Assembly: GCA_963824215.1 (NCBI GenBank)
Contig: CAWGOE010000004.1
Span: 137,629-201,628 of the forward strand
DNA: 64,000 nt
Origin: an uncultured Solirubrobacterales bacterium
GTDB lineage: Bacteria > Actinomycetota > Thermoleophilia > Solirubrobacterales > 70-9
Direction: 5' to 3'
The notes under the pieces were generated by a model. That model was not told the origin of the DNA. It did not search any database and worked only from the letters and a program-made list of their open reading frames with translations. Below, piece by piece: positions 34,955-43,385 of this stretch (its first letter is position 1; every line of letters begins with the position of its first letter). Position numbers and translations under genes: made by a program.

Positions 34955-35253
34955 ATACATCCGAAAACTTCCGCGAACGCCCCTGGAAATTCGCGCCGGT
35001 CCTCGACGCCACCGCGACGGCGAAACAGCCACGAACCCACAGCCAGGGCAACCCAAGCCACGATCAGCCAGTCCGTCAACCACCACCAGCAAGGCAAGAG
35101 CCAAGCACGAGAGTCAGGCACTCATGGCAGCTATTCAGCCATGAGAAGCCACCCAGACCGAAGCTCCAACAGCCAACAGCAACCACCCTCACGCCCTATC
35201 ACTTTGTTAAGAGATCGATGCATTGAGCGCTCTCCACAGACATACCCCGTGGA

Positions 35254-38200
35254 ATGCTCTCAATCGGAAAGCTCGGCAAAGGACAGGAGCACTACTACCT
35301 CGACAAGGTCGCCGAAGGCGCTGAGGACTACTACTCCGGCGAGGGCGAGGTCGCCGGGGAATGGCTCGGCGACGCCGCCGAGGACCTTGGCCTCTCCGGG
35401 GAGGTCGAGGCAGCCCAGCTCGAAGCGATGCTGACCGGGCGCAACCCGGTCGATGGAGAGCCGCTAGTCGGGATGCGCGGCGTCCCTTCCAGCGGATCGG
35501 TCCCAGGCTTCGATCTCACCTTCTCGGCTCCCAAGTCTGTCTCCCTGCTGTGGAGCCTCGGCGGGCCCGTCGCGGCGGTCGAGGTCAAAGCCGCCCACCG
35601 CGAAGCCGTAGGAGCCGCCCTCGACTACATGCAGCGCGAGGCGTGCTGGACGCGGCGCGGAGCCGGAGGCTCGGAGTTCGTCCAGGGCAACGGCTACCTG
35701 GCGGCGGGCTACGTCCATCGCTCCTCGCGCAACGGCGATCCGCAGCTCCACACCCACGTCCTCATCGCCAACGCGACCAAGGCCGAAGGTCGCTGGACCC
35801 GTCTCTACCACCCGGCGATCTACGACCACGCCAAGACCGCCTCCTACATCTACGAGGCCCACCTTCGCCACGAGCTCAGCCGCCGCCTGGGCGTCGAGTG
35901 GCAGCCGACCCGCAAAGGCATCGCCGAGATCGCGGGCTTCGCCGACGAGCACCTGCGGGCCTTCTCCACCCGCCGCGCGGAAATACTCGAGGCGGCGGGC
36001 GCGGATGCCTCGGCGCGTTCGATGCAGGTCGCGGCGCTCGCCACCCGCAAGCCGAAGGAGCGCGACGTCGGCCACGGCGAGTTGCTTGTCCGATGGCGAT
36101 CGAGGGCCGAGGAGATTGGCTTGGACCGCGAGGCGATCGCGCGCACCTTCGACTCGGAGGCAGCGCTGAGGATCGACCGCACCGACGCGCCCGCCATATC
36201 GGAGGCGCAGTTCGGCCGCGCCGTCACGGCGGCTGCGTCCCACTTCGACCGCCGCGAGGCGATCCAGGCCGTCGCCGACGCGCTCCCGCAGGGTGCGCCG
36301 GGAGCCGAGGTCGAGCGCCTGGCCGACGGCTTCCTCGCGTCCGAGTCCGTGATCCAGATCGCGGAGGGCGCCAAAGGCCCCCGCTATACGACTCGCCGCG
36401 TTTGGGAGCTTGAGCGCGAAGCGCTGGCCGCTGCCGAGCGAATGCGAGCGCAGGGACCGGACCCGGCAGGCGAGCTGATTGCGGCGCGCGTGATCCACGC
36501 TCGCCCGACCTTGAAGGCAGACCAGCGCGAGATGATCCGCCGCCTCTTGACGAGCCCCGAGGGGGTCGCCGTCGTGATCGGCGAGGCGGGCAGCGGCAAG
36601 ACCTTCGCCATTGTCGCCGCAGCGGAGGGCTGGGCACAGGCCGGGATCGAGCTGCGCGCCGCAGCGCCGACCTGGCGAGCTGCGAACGTGATGCGAGCCG
36701 AGGGCTTGCCCGCTTCGAGCATCGCCAGCTTGCTCTTGCAGCTCGACCGCGCCGAGCACGAGGGCAGCGAGGGCTTGCCGCATGAATCGGTCCTGCTGAT
36801 CGACGAGGCCGGGATGGTGGACTCGGCCACCCTGGCGCGGCTCACCTCTCACGCCGAGCAGGCGCAGGCGAAGCTCGTCCTCGTCGGCGACCCTGAGCAG
36901 CTTGGCGAGATTGAGGCGGGCGGCCTGTTTCGGGCGCTCGCCGAGCGTGGCGAGCCGATCCACCTTGACGAGGTGATCCGCCACCGTCACGACCTCGACC
37001 GCGAAGCCGCGAAGCGGATCAGGGAGGGCGAGGGGCGCGAGGCGCTGAGTCTTTACCGATCCGAGGAGCGGGTGACGGTTGCGCCCGATGCCGAGGCCCG
37101 CCGCGAGGCAATGGTCCGCGACTGGCACGAGGCATTCGAGCGGGGCGAGGACGCCGTGATGGTCGCCAAGCAGAACGCCGAGGTCAGACGCTTGAACGAG
37201 GTCGCGCGAGAGGTTCGCCGCCAGGCCGGGCAGTTCGGAGCGCAGGAAATCGAGATCGGCGAAGCCACCTTCGCCGCCGGCGATCAGGTCATCACCCGCG
37301 TCAACGACCGCAGCGCCGAAGTCTTCAACCGGGAGCGCTGGCGCATCGCCGAGGTCGACGCCGCCGAGCGTCGCGTCGTCCTCGACGGGATCGACCACGC
37401 GAAGCGGGTCGAGATCGGCGACGACTATCTCGTGCGGACCAACCCGCACTCAGAGGCTCCCGCGCTCGAACACGCCTACGCCGTTACGACCTATTCGGCG
37501 CAGGGCACGACCGTGGACCGCGCCTTCGTCGCGGCCGACCCCTCGATGGACAAGCAGGAGCTATACGTCGCCGCCTCCCGCAGCCGCGAGGAGACCTTCA
37601 TCTACGCCACGCCGGAGATTCAGACCCATCGAGAGGAGATCGCGCCGCCCTCGCCCCACCTACGCGAGGGCATCCCGCACATCGGCGAAGCGGCCGAGCG
37701 CGACCGCTCCCAGCTCGCCGCTCACGAGGTGGCGCTGCGCTCGCAGTTCGCCGGCCTGCCGAGCGAGGAGCTGGTCGCCCGCCGCGACGAGCTGCGAGCC
37801 GCCGCAGGCAACGAGGAGAGCCGGGAGAGCCAGCGCCGCATGTTGCAGGAGCGGATCGAGCGCGCCCGCGAGCACATCGACGGCTTCGAGACCGAGCGCG
37901 AGGCAGCGCAGGCGCTACCGCGCCGCCAGAGGCACGACGAGCTGGCGCGCATCGACGCCTGGGAGGCGAGATCGCGCAGGCAGACCACACAGCTCGAAGC
38001 CGAGATGCAGGAGATGTCCGTCGTCGGGCAGGCCGCGCGCCGGGAGCTGGCGGTCGCCGAGCAGGTTCTCGCGCAGCGGTGCGAGCTGGCGGTCATCGCC
38101 GCGCGGATCTCCGCGCCCGTCTACGTCAAGGCCGAGCTGGGGGAGAGGCCGAGCGATCCGGCCAAGCGGAAGGCTTGGGATCGCGGTGTCTCTCAGATCG

Positions 38201-38391
38201 AGCGCTACCGACAGGAGCACGGGGTCAAGGACCCGAACAGGGCGCTGGGCCGCGAGGCGAAACGAGGAGCCGAGCGAGCACGGCAGGAGGCGACGTGGCG
38301 ACGAATCCGAGAGGCACAGCGGGCCCTTGGCCTGGGGCAGCACGCGGCGAGAGCGCGTCAGCTCGGTAGAGGGCTGAGCATTGGCAGGTGA
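35254..38391 (+). CDS. traA: MOBF-family conjugative relaxase (TrwC/TraA-like) fused to a RecD-like helicase
   Basis: N-terminus MLSIGKLGKGQEHYYLDKV...DYYSGEG, the HRSSRNGDPQLHTHVLIAN histidine triad, Walker A GEAGSGKTF and LLIDEAGMV. Confidence 0.9.
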   Translation: MLSIGKLGKGQEHYYLDKVAEGAEDYYSGEGEVAGEWLGDAAEDLGLSGEVEAAQLEAMLTGRNPVDGEPLVGMRGVPSSGSVPGFDLTFSAPKSVSLLWSLGGPVAAVEVKAAHREAVGAALDYMQREACWTRRGAGGSEFVQGNGYLAAGYVHRSSRNGDPQLHTHVLIANATKAEGRWTRLYHPAIYDHAKTASYIYEAHLRHELSRRLGVEWQPTRKGIAEIAGFADEHLRAFSTRRAEILEAAGADASARSMQVAALATRKPKERDVGHGELLVRWRSRAEEIGLDREAIARTFDSEAALRIDRTDAPAISEAQFGRAVTAAASHFDRREAIQAVADALPQGAPGAEVERLADGFLASESVIQIAEGAKGPRYTTRRVWELEREALAAAERMRAQGPDPAGELIAARVIHARPTLKADQREMIRRLLTSPEGVAVVIGEAGSGKTFAIVAAAEGWAQAGIELRAAAPTWRAANVMRAEGLPASSIASLLLQLDRAEHEGSEGLPHESVLLIDEAGMVDSATLARLTSHAEQAQAKLVLVGDPEQLGEIEAGGLFRALAERGEPIHLDEVIRHRHDLDREAAKRIREGEGREALSLYRSEERVTVAPDAEARREAMVRDWHEAFERGEDAVMVAKQNAEVRRLNEVAREVRRQAGQFGAQEIEIGEATFAAGDQVITRVNDRSAEVFNRERWRIAEVDAAERRVVLDGIDHAKRVEIGDDYLVRTNPHSEAPALEHAYAVTTYSAQGTTVDRAFVAADPSMDKQELYVAASRSREETFIYATPEIQTHREEIAPPSPHLREGIPHIGEAAERDRSQLAAHEVALRSQFAGLPSEELVARRDELRAAAGNEESRESQRRMLQERIERAREHIDGFETEREAAQALPRRQRHDELARIDAWEARSRRQTTQLEAEMQEMSVVGQAARRELAVAEQVLAQRCELAVIAARISAPVYVKAELGERPSDPAKRKAWDRGVSQIERYRQEHGVKDPNRALGREAKRGAERARQEATWRRIREAQRALGLGQHAARARQLGRGLSIGR

Positions 38392-38395
38392 ACCA

Positions 38396-38509
38396 CCCGA
38401 CCTACCGGCGATTGAAGCACCGCGAGGGCGGCCGTCAACCCCCTGCGGGGGTCGGGCGCAAGCGCCCTTGACTGCCGCCCTCGCGGTGCTGTTCTGCGGG
38501 TAGGTCGGG
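38396..38509. repeat. Branched inverted repeat downstream of relaxase (candidate oriT or terminator)
   Basis: Outer arms cccgacctacc 38396-38406 / 38499-38509. Inner 22-bp arms 38417-38438 / 38468-38489 (1 mismatch). The tip holds two mini-hairpins, ccccc-tgc-ggggg and gggcgc-aa-gcgccc. Confidence 0.8.
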
Positions 38510-38524
38510 ACGGGAAGGTGGCGA

Positions 38525-38794
38525 CTACGTGAGGAGTGCGCAGGCCCGAAGCGCTGCCGGTGTCGGTTGCACAATCTCATCGTCGCGGTTGGCGAATAAC
38601 CCGAACTCACGGAGCCCCCGGATTGCCTGAGCCGCGGTCTCGACCTCCCTGGGGTCGTCGGCGTCGCTGATGATCCTGAGCGCAAGCTCTTTGGCCGTCA
38701 GGTTTTTGGGATGCAGTTCTGCCGCAACTTCGAGGATCACGGCTTCGACTACTGCAACGTCATATTTAGGCGGCGAGGCGTCAGCGTTGGTCAT
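38525..38794 (-). CDS. Small wHTH-like protein, paralog family member 2
   Basis: ...LTAKELALRI...EVETAAQAIRGLREFGLF....IVQPTPAALRA aligns with 26741..27037 and 46190..46426. Confidence 0.6.
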   Translation of the reverse strand: MTNADASPPKYDVAVVEAVILEVAAELHPKNLTAKELALRIISDADDPREVETAAQAIRGLREFGLFANRDDEIVQPTPAALRACALLT

Positions 38795-38877
38795 GTTGCT
38801 CTCTCAGCGGTTTGCGTGGCGCGGGCGAGGCGACGTAGAGGGCGACCCTGCCCGCCCCCTGCGTCCCCGACGTGGGA

Positions 38878-39666
38878 CTACTTCCCTGCCGCCTCCGCCT
38901 TGCGCCGGCCGTCCCTCTTGCTCCCGCCGCCGTTTCGACCAGCCCCGTTTGCCCCGCTTGCTGACGCGCTCGCCGCCCCCTCGACCTGTGCGACCAGGGC
39001 ATACAAGTCTGCGGGCTCCCAGGCTGCCTCGAAGGCCAGCAGGGCGAAGGTGTAGCCGGTCGCCTCGCCGCCGTCGCCGTTGGCCTTCTCCCTGCGTTTC
39101 GCCGTAGCCCGCTGCTCATTTTCGACTTCCTTGGTCGCGCGCTCCGCGATTGCCTGCACGTTGCGCTGCCCCTCAGCGTCGAGGACGAGTGGGGTGCGGG
39201 TGATGTGATCGTGCTCTCCTTGCAGCTTGCCCGCTTTCAGGGCGTCCCCCAGGTCGTTGAACAGGTCGCTTGCTTGGCCCGCGCCCACGACGGCGCGCAG
39301 CCCTTTTTTGAGCTTCCGCCATGCCTTCGCCGGGAACAGGGTTTTCGCACTGGCGCGGTAGTAGTGCTCGACCGCTCCCCGCCGTGGCTCGGTGCGCGTC
39401 TCTTCGATCATCCCGTCGCAGTCGTCGCGCAGGACTTTGACGTGGTAGCTGACCTGGCTCAGACCTTCATCGAGCGCCTTGGACAGCGCCTTGGGGCTGA
39501 CCTCTCCCGCCACAGCGGCGAGCAGGATGTGTTGGCGCAGGACGTGATCCAGTGCCTTGACGAGCCGGGGGTCCACCAGCACTGGCAGGTGCTCCCCGCC
39601 CTTTGCGGTGTTCCCGTTGCGTGGCTTACCTCTAGGCATTCTCTCGTCCCTTCTGCCGGCGCTCAC
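38878..39666 (-). CDS. ArsR-like wHTH protein with extended C-terminal domain and basic tail
   Basis: ILLAAVAGEVSPKALSKALDEGLSQVSYHVKVLRD...RRGAVEHYYRA. Paralog of 46430..47203. The start may be Met 39639. Confidence 0.7.
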   Translation of the reverse strand: MSAGRRDERMPRGKPRNGNTAKGGEHLPVLVDPRLVKALDHVLRQHILLAAVAGEVSPKALSKALDEGLSQVSYHVKVLRDDCDGMIEETRTEPRRGAVEHYYRASAKTLFPAKAWRKLKKGLRAVVGAGQASDLFNDLGDALKAGKLQGEHDHITRTPLVLDAEGQRNVQAIAERATKEVENEQRATAKRREKANGDGGEATGYTFALLAFEAAWEPADLYALVAQVEGAASASASGANGAGRNGGGSKRDGRRKAEAAGK

Positions 39667-39692
39667 TTCGAGCGGTCGGTGCTATTTGAAAT

Positions 39693-39710
39693 AAGAAGTG
39701 GCAACTTCTT
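39693..39710. promoter_or_regulatory. Palindrome upstream of the ArsR-like gene (candidate operator)
   Basis: aagaagt-ggca-acttctt, 7-bp arms, about 30 nt upstream of the 39666 start. Confidence 0.35.
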
Positions 39711-39842
39711 GGCACGAGTCGAGTCTTGCCGACCTCTCAGTAAGTTTCACAACCCGCGCGAAGGCTCACCTGTTACTCAGCCTTTTCTTAGTAATCCCCG
39801 CTGACCGACGTGAAGGAGCGGCTAGAGGGCAGTTGCGGGCGG

Positions 39843-40037
39843 TTAGTCGAGGAGCTGGCCTGGCTTGACCTCGACCGCTTTTGCAAGCCGACGCAGCGTC
39901 GAGATTTTCGGATCGCGCTTCCCGGCCTCCATCCGGCTGACCTCCGTGACATGGACGCCGCTGCGCTGTGCGACCTCTTCCTGGGTGAGCCCCAGGTGTT
40001 CCCGTGCCTCACGCAGTTTGGTGCCGAAGTGGTTCAC
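39843..40037 (-). CDS. XRE-family HTH regulator
   Basis: FGTKLREAREHLGLTQEEVAQRSGVHVTEVSRMEAGKRDPKISTLRRLAKAV. Confidence 0.8.
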   Translation of the reverse strand: MNHFGTKLREAREHLGLTQEEVAQRSGVHVTEVSRMEAGKRDPKISTLRRLAKAVEVKPGQLLD

Positions 40038-40196
40038 GGCGAGGATCGTCTGCGCTGGAGACAGAAACCGCCATAGGAAACTTCACAAGTCCTTGCGTAG
40101 ACTGCCGTCCCTCCATGCCGCCTCGGGACGAAGACGGGGGAGCCGGCCACGGGCCTCACGCAAGCGGGCCGCGACCGGCCCCCTTTATCGCATGCC

Positions 40197-40256
40197 TTAG
40201 CCGTGCTTCATCACTTGCACGCTGGGACAGACGTTCGTTACTTGCGCGATCTGCAT
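40197..40256 (-). CDS. Conserved 19-aa micro-ORF (MQIAQVTNVCPSVQVMKHG), copy 1
   Basis: ATG 8 nt after AAGGGAGGTGA. A same-length paralog with the same SD sits at 47342..47401. Substitutions between the copies are largely synonymous or conservative. Confidence 0.55.
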   Translation of the reverse strand: MQIAQVTNVCPSVQVMKHG

Positions 40257-40429
40257 CGCATTCACCTCCCTTTCTCGTCTTTCAGCGGGTGGTCCCGCTG
40301 GACAAGGAGGGAATGCTAAGGAAACATCGAGTATCCGCTAAAAAACGGCCTGGCCAGGGTGTTTTCTCCAGGCAGGCCCTTATGCTCTGGCACGCCTGAG
40401 TAAGCGAACGGCACGGAGCAACGACTATT

Positions 40430-41749
40430 TTGGTGGAGACGGCGATCAGATTGGGGCAGGGCAAGCGGGGCGTTGCCGCCGCTGTCGCCTACGCCGTCAC
40501 GCACCAAGCGAGGACCGAAATCCACACGCTCCTCAACGAAGCGCCGCGCTCGCAGGAGGAACTAGCGCGTCTAATCTGCGCCCCTGCGAGCAAGAATATC
40601 GCGCATCACCTTAGGGAAATGCTTGCAGACGGCTCCATCGAGCTTGCTTATGTCAAGCCGGTGCGCAACGCCTTCGAGCACTACTACCGCGCGGTCGAGA
40701 TTCCCTTCTACACCGATGAGGAGATCGCCGCGATGCCCCCAGAGGCGAGAGAGGCAATCGCAGGCGTGATCTTTGAGGGGGTCATGTCCGAGGCGATGGC
40801 TGCTCTTTGGGCGGGAAAGATGGTCAACGACCGTCGGGTTTGGCTGTCTTGGCGCTGGTTCAACGTAGATGCTCAGGGCCGTGAGGACATAGCGGACGAC
40901 CAGGCGAGGCATTGGGAGCGAGTTCGAGAGATCGAGGTTGAATCACTTGGACGTTGCGCCAAGTCGGGGGAGCCGACCAAGTCGATCATCGTGACCTCGT
41001 TGGGATTTGAGCGCTTCCGTTTCTCGGCACCCCAGCCAATGCCGGTGGTGGGTTCGGAAGAAAGTGCGCCGCCGCTGATCAGGTTGGGCCAGGGGAAGCG
41101 AGGAGTCGAGGAAGCTGTCGGCTACGCGCTCAAGCACCAGCACCGGGTTGAAATCCTGTGCCTTCTGAACGAAGGCGAGCACAACCGCTATGAGCTAGCC
41201 GCGTTGATCGGCGAGGAGCCGACCAAGATCAAGCACCACCTCAAAGAACTGCTGGACGAGGGCTCGATCGAACTGGCCTACTCCAAGCGCGTCGGCAACA
41301 TGATTCAGCACTACTACCGGGCGGTCGAGATCCCGTTCTACACCGACGACGAAATCGAGGCGCTGCGTCCTGAGGAGAGGCAGGCATTTGCTGGCGTGAT
41401 CCTCCAGGCGGTCATGGCTGAGGCGCTGGCCGCGCTGTGGGCGGGGAAGATGGCTGATGATCGCCGCGTTTGGCTGTCTTGGCGTTGGTTCCACGTCGAT
41501 GCGCAGGGCCGTGAGGACATAGCCGACGAGCAGGCGAGGCATTGGGAGCGAGTTCGAGAGTGCGAGGCAGAATCGACTAACCGCTGCGCCAAGTCGGGGG
41601 AGCCGACCAAGTCGATCATCGTGGCATCGCTCGGACATGTGCGCTGCCGCAGAGCCCCGATGGCAACGCCGGCCGACGATCCGACCGAGCCTGGCGCTGT
41701 GGGCAATGTTCTGAGACCCACAGGGCTCACGCAAGAGGTCCGCCTGTAG
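40430..41749 (+). CDS. Fused tandem duplication of an ArsR-like wHTH protein (two units of roughly 215 aa)
   Basis: Both halves contain IRLGQGKRGV...H(Q)...EI..LLNE...HHL.E.L.DGSIELAY...HYYRAVEIPFYTD(D/E)EI...WAGKM..DRRVWLSWRWF.VDAQGREDIAD.QARHWERVRE. TTG/GTG start. Confidence 0.7.
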   Translation: MVETAIRLGQGKRGVAAAVAYAVTHQARTEIHTLLNEAPRSQEELARLICAPASKNIAHHLREMLADGSIELAYVKPVRNAFEHYYRAVEIPFYTDEEIAAMPPEAREAIAGVIFEGVMSEAMAALWAGKMVNDRRVWLSWRWFNVDAQGREDIADDQARHWERVREIEVESLGRCAKSGEPTKSIIVTSLGFERFRFSAPQPMPVVGSEESAPPLIRLGQGKRGVEEAVGYALKHQHRVEILCLLNEGEHNRYELAALIGEEPTKIKHHLKELLDEGSIELAYSKRVGNMIQHYYRAVEIPFYTDDEIEALRPEERQAFAGVILQAVMAEALAALWAGKMADDRRVWLSWRWFHVDAQGREDIADEQARHWERVRECEAESTNRCAKSGEPTKSIIVASLGHVRCRRAPMATPADDPTEPGAVGNVLRPTGLTQEVRL

Positions 41750-41820
41750 GCGCGCCCTCGCGCACTAGTGCCGCTCATTACTGAAACTTATTCCAGTAAT
41801 GGCCAGGTCTTCTTACGACC

Positions 41821-42576
41821 GTGACTGGCGACGCGAAGGCCACCTATGAGGCGATGGCATCCGTCTACGACATCTTCACCGCTCACTATGACGACGAGCT
41901 TTGGATAGGCGAGCTGGTTTCCGCGCTTGAACGCAACGGCTTGAGCGGAGAGCGCCTGCTCGACGTGGCGTGCGGGACCGGAAAGAGCTTCCTGCCGATG
42001 CTCGACCGGGGATGGGAGGTGACTGCGTGCGACATCTCGCCCGCGATGTTGGCGCGCGCACGGGCAAAGGTCGGAGAGGCAGTGCCGCTGTCGGTGGCTG
42101 ACATGCGAGGCTTGCCCGAGATCGGCAAGTTCGATCTTGTCTGGGCGCTGGACGATTCGATCAACTACCTGCTCAGCGAGGTCGAGCTGCTCAAAGCCCT
42201 GGGCGGGATGGGGGCAAATCTCGCCCCGGGAGGTCTGCTGCTATTCGATGTCAACACCCTGGTTGCCTATCGCAGCTTCTTCGCCGAAACCGCTGTGGTC
42301 GAGCGCGCCGGGCGGAGGCTTGTTTGGCGTGGTCAGACTGCCAGCGATGCGGAGCCTGGGTCGATCTGCGAAGCGGTCCTTGAAGAGGATGGAGGGCCGA
42401 CGAAAACGCATGAGCATCGGCAGCGCCACTTTGCCGATGCTGAAATACGCTCAGCCGTCGAGCGCGCCGGCCTCACCCTGGTCGATGTCTACGGCCTCTA
42501 TACGGACGCGGTACTGAGGCAGCCGCTTGACGAGGGCGCTCATACGAAGGCGGTCTACATCGCTGGGCGGGAGTAG
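41821..42576 (+). CDS. Class I SAM-dependent methyltransferase
   Basis: Motif I LLDVACGTGKSFLPML and post-I VTACDISPAML. GTG start. Confidence 0.85.
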   Translation: MTGDAKATYEAMASVYDIFTAHYDDELWIGELVSALERNGLSGERLLDVACGTGKSFLPMLDRGWEVTACDISPAMLARARAKVGEAVPLSVADMRGLPEIGKFDLVWALDDSINYLLSEVELLKALGGMGANLAPGGLLLFDVNTLVAYRSFFAETAVVERAGRRLVWRGQTASDAEPGSICEAVLEEDGGPTKTHEHRQRHFADAEIRSAVERAGLTLVDVYGLYTDAVLRQPLDEGAHTKAVYIAGRE

Positions 42577-42680
42577 TGGAGAGAAACCACTCCCCTATTA
42601 CATGGCATTGGGGTAGGTTGTCGCGGACGTTCTCCGAGGTGATTTTCCTAAGAGATTGGGTTCAGCAAACGGGAGGCGGA

Positions 42681-43037
42681 ATGGCGAGATACGTATTTCT
42701 GTTCAAGGCCGAGAGCGCTGGCGCGGGCCAGATTCTGTTCGGTGCATCTGAGGCGGCTGAGCGGCAGGTCGATGCAATCGAGCAACTCGGCGGCTCCGTC
42801 GAGGTGCAGCACTTCGTGACGGGCGCTCACGATCTAGTCCTCATCGCAGACCTCCCGAGCGAGGCGGCCAGTCTCGCCGTTTCGCTTGCAGCCGAGGCTG
42901 GTGGATTTCAAGTGGACACGATGCGAGCGTTCGATGCGGCGGAACTTGATCAGGCCCAAAGCCTCGTCCCAGAGGTTCGTGATTGGTTGCGGGGGAAAGT
43001 GGCGTCCGCCGTCGACGAGGAGCCGGGGAAAGCGTGA
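42681..43037 (+). CDS. GYD-domain protein
   Basis: MARYVFLFK...VTGAHDLVLIADLPSEAASLAVSLA...VDTMRAF fits the GYD family pattern. A GGGAGG RBS lies upstream. Confidence 0.65.
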   Translation: MARYVFLFKAESAGAGQILFGASEAAERQVDAIEQLGGSVEVQHFVTGAHDLVLIADLPSEAASLAVSLAAEAGGFQVDTMRAFDAAELDQAQSLVPEVRDWLRGKVASAVDEEPGKA

Positions 43038-43270
43038 ACGTTTTCGAGGGGCTTGGACTGATAGTGGCGGGCGGCGGCGGCCGACCCCCCGGCGGGCCTT
43101 GGTCCGGGCCTTTTCCCCCGAACGATCCGCAAAAGCCACCGGTTCCCAATAGCCCTCTGCCGACGCCTCCTAGTCCCCCCGTTAACGCGGGTCGGGGTGG
43201 CCAAGCGGGTGCTGCGGCGGGGGCAGGGGGTCTAGGAGGGGGAAATCCCTTCGGTTTTCGGGTGAAGTAA
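43034..43270 (+). CDS. Possible Pro/Gly-rich small protein (78 aa)
   Basis: GTG 43034 overlaps the GYD stop (GTGA). Low-complexity sequence (GGGGRPPGGPWSGPFPP...GGLGGGNPFGF). Coding status uncertain. Confidence 0.3.
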   Translation: MNVFEGLGLIVAGGGGRPPGGPWSGPFPPNDPQKPPVPNSPLPTPPSPPVNAGRGGQAGAAAGAGGLGGGNPFGFRVK

Positions 43271-43385
43271 TGACGGTGCTCCTCGGCGGGCGAAATGTCT
43301 GGAGGGCGAGTTGACCTGCTGGTAGCGTGCATTGAGAAGCTCGCTGGCTCAATACTGCGTTAACGAGGCTCGAAGCAGTTGGTTT

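Noticed and set aside
34690-35434. ORFs in the xis-relaxase intergenic tract (34690..35121 minus; 34816..35226 and 34820..35434 plus)
   Set aside because: They are products of the A+C-rich low-complexity tract (Pro/Thr/Gln/Ser runs), overlap xis or the relaxase start, and have no RBS.
35464-37449. 661-aa minus-strand ORF opposite the relaxase
   Set aside because: Shadow ORF of a gene with clear TrwC and helicase motifs.
42841-43332. 163-aa Pro-rich minus-strand ORF
   Set aside because: Antisense to the GYD gene 3' end and the Pro/Gly-rich frame. It has no start context. The plus-strand frame is at least coupled to the GYD stop, but even that is kept at low confidence.
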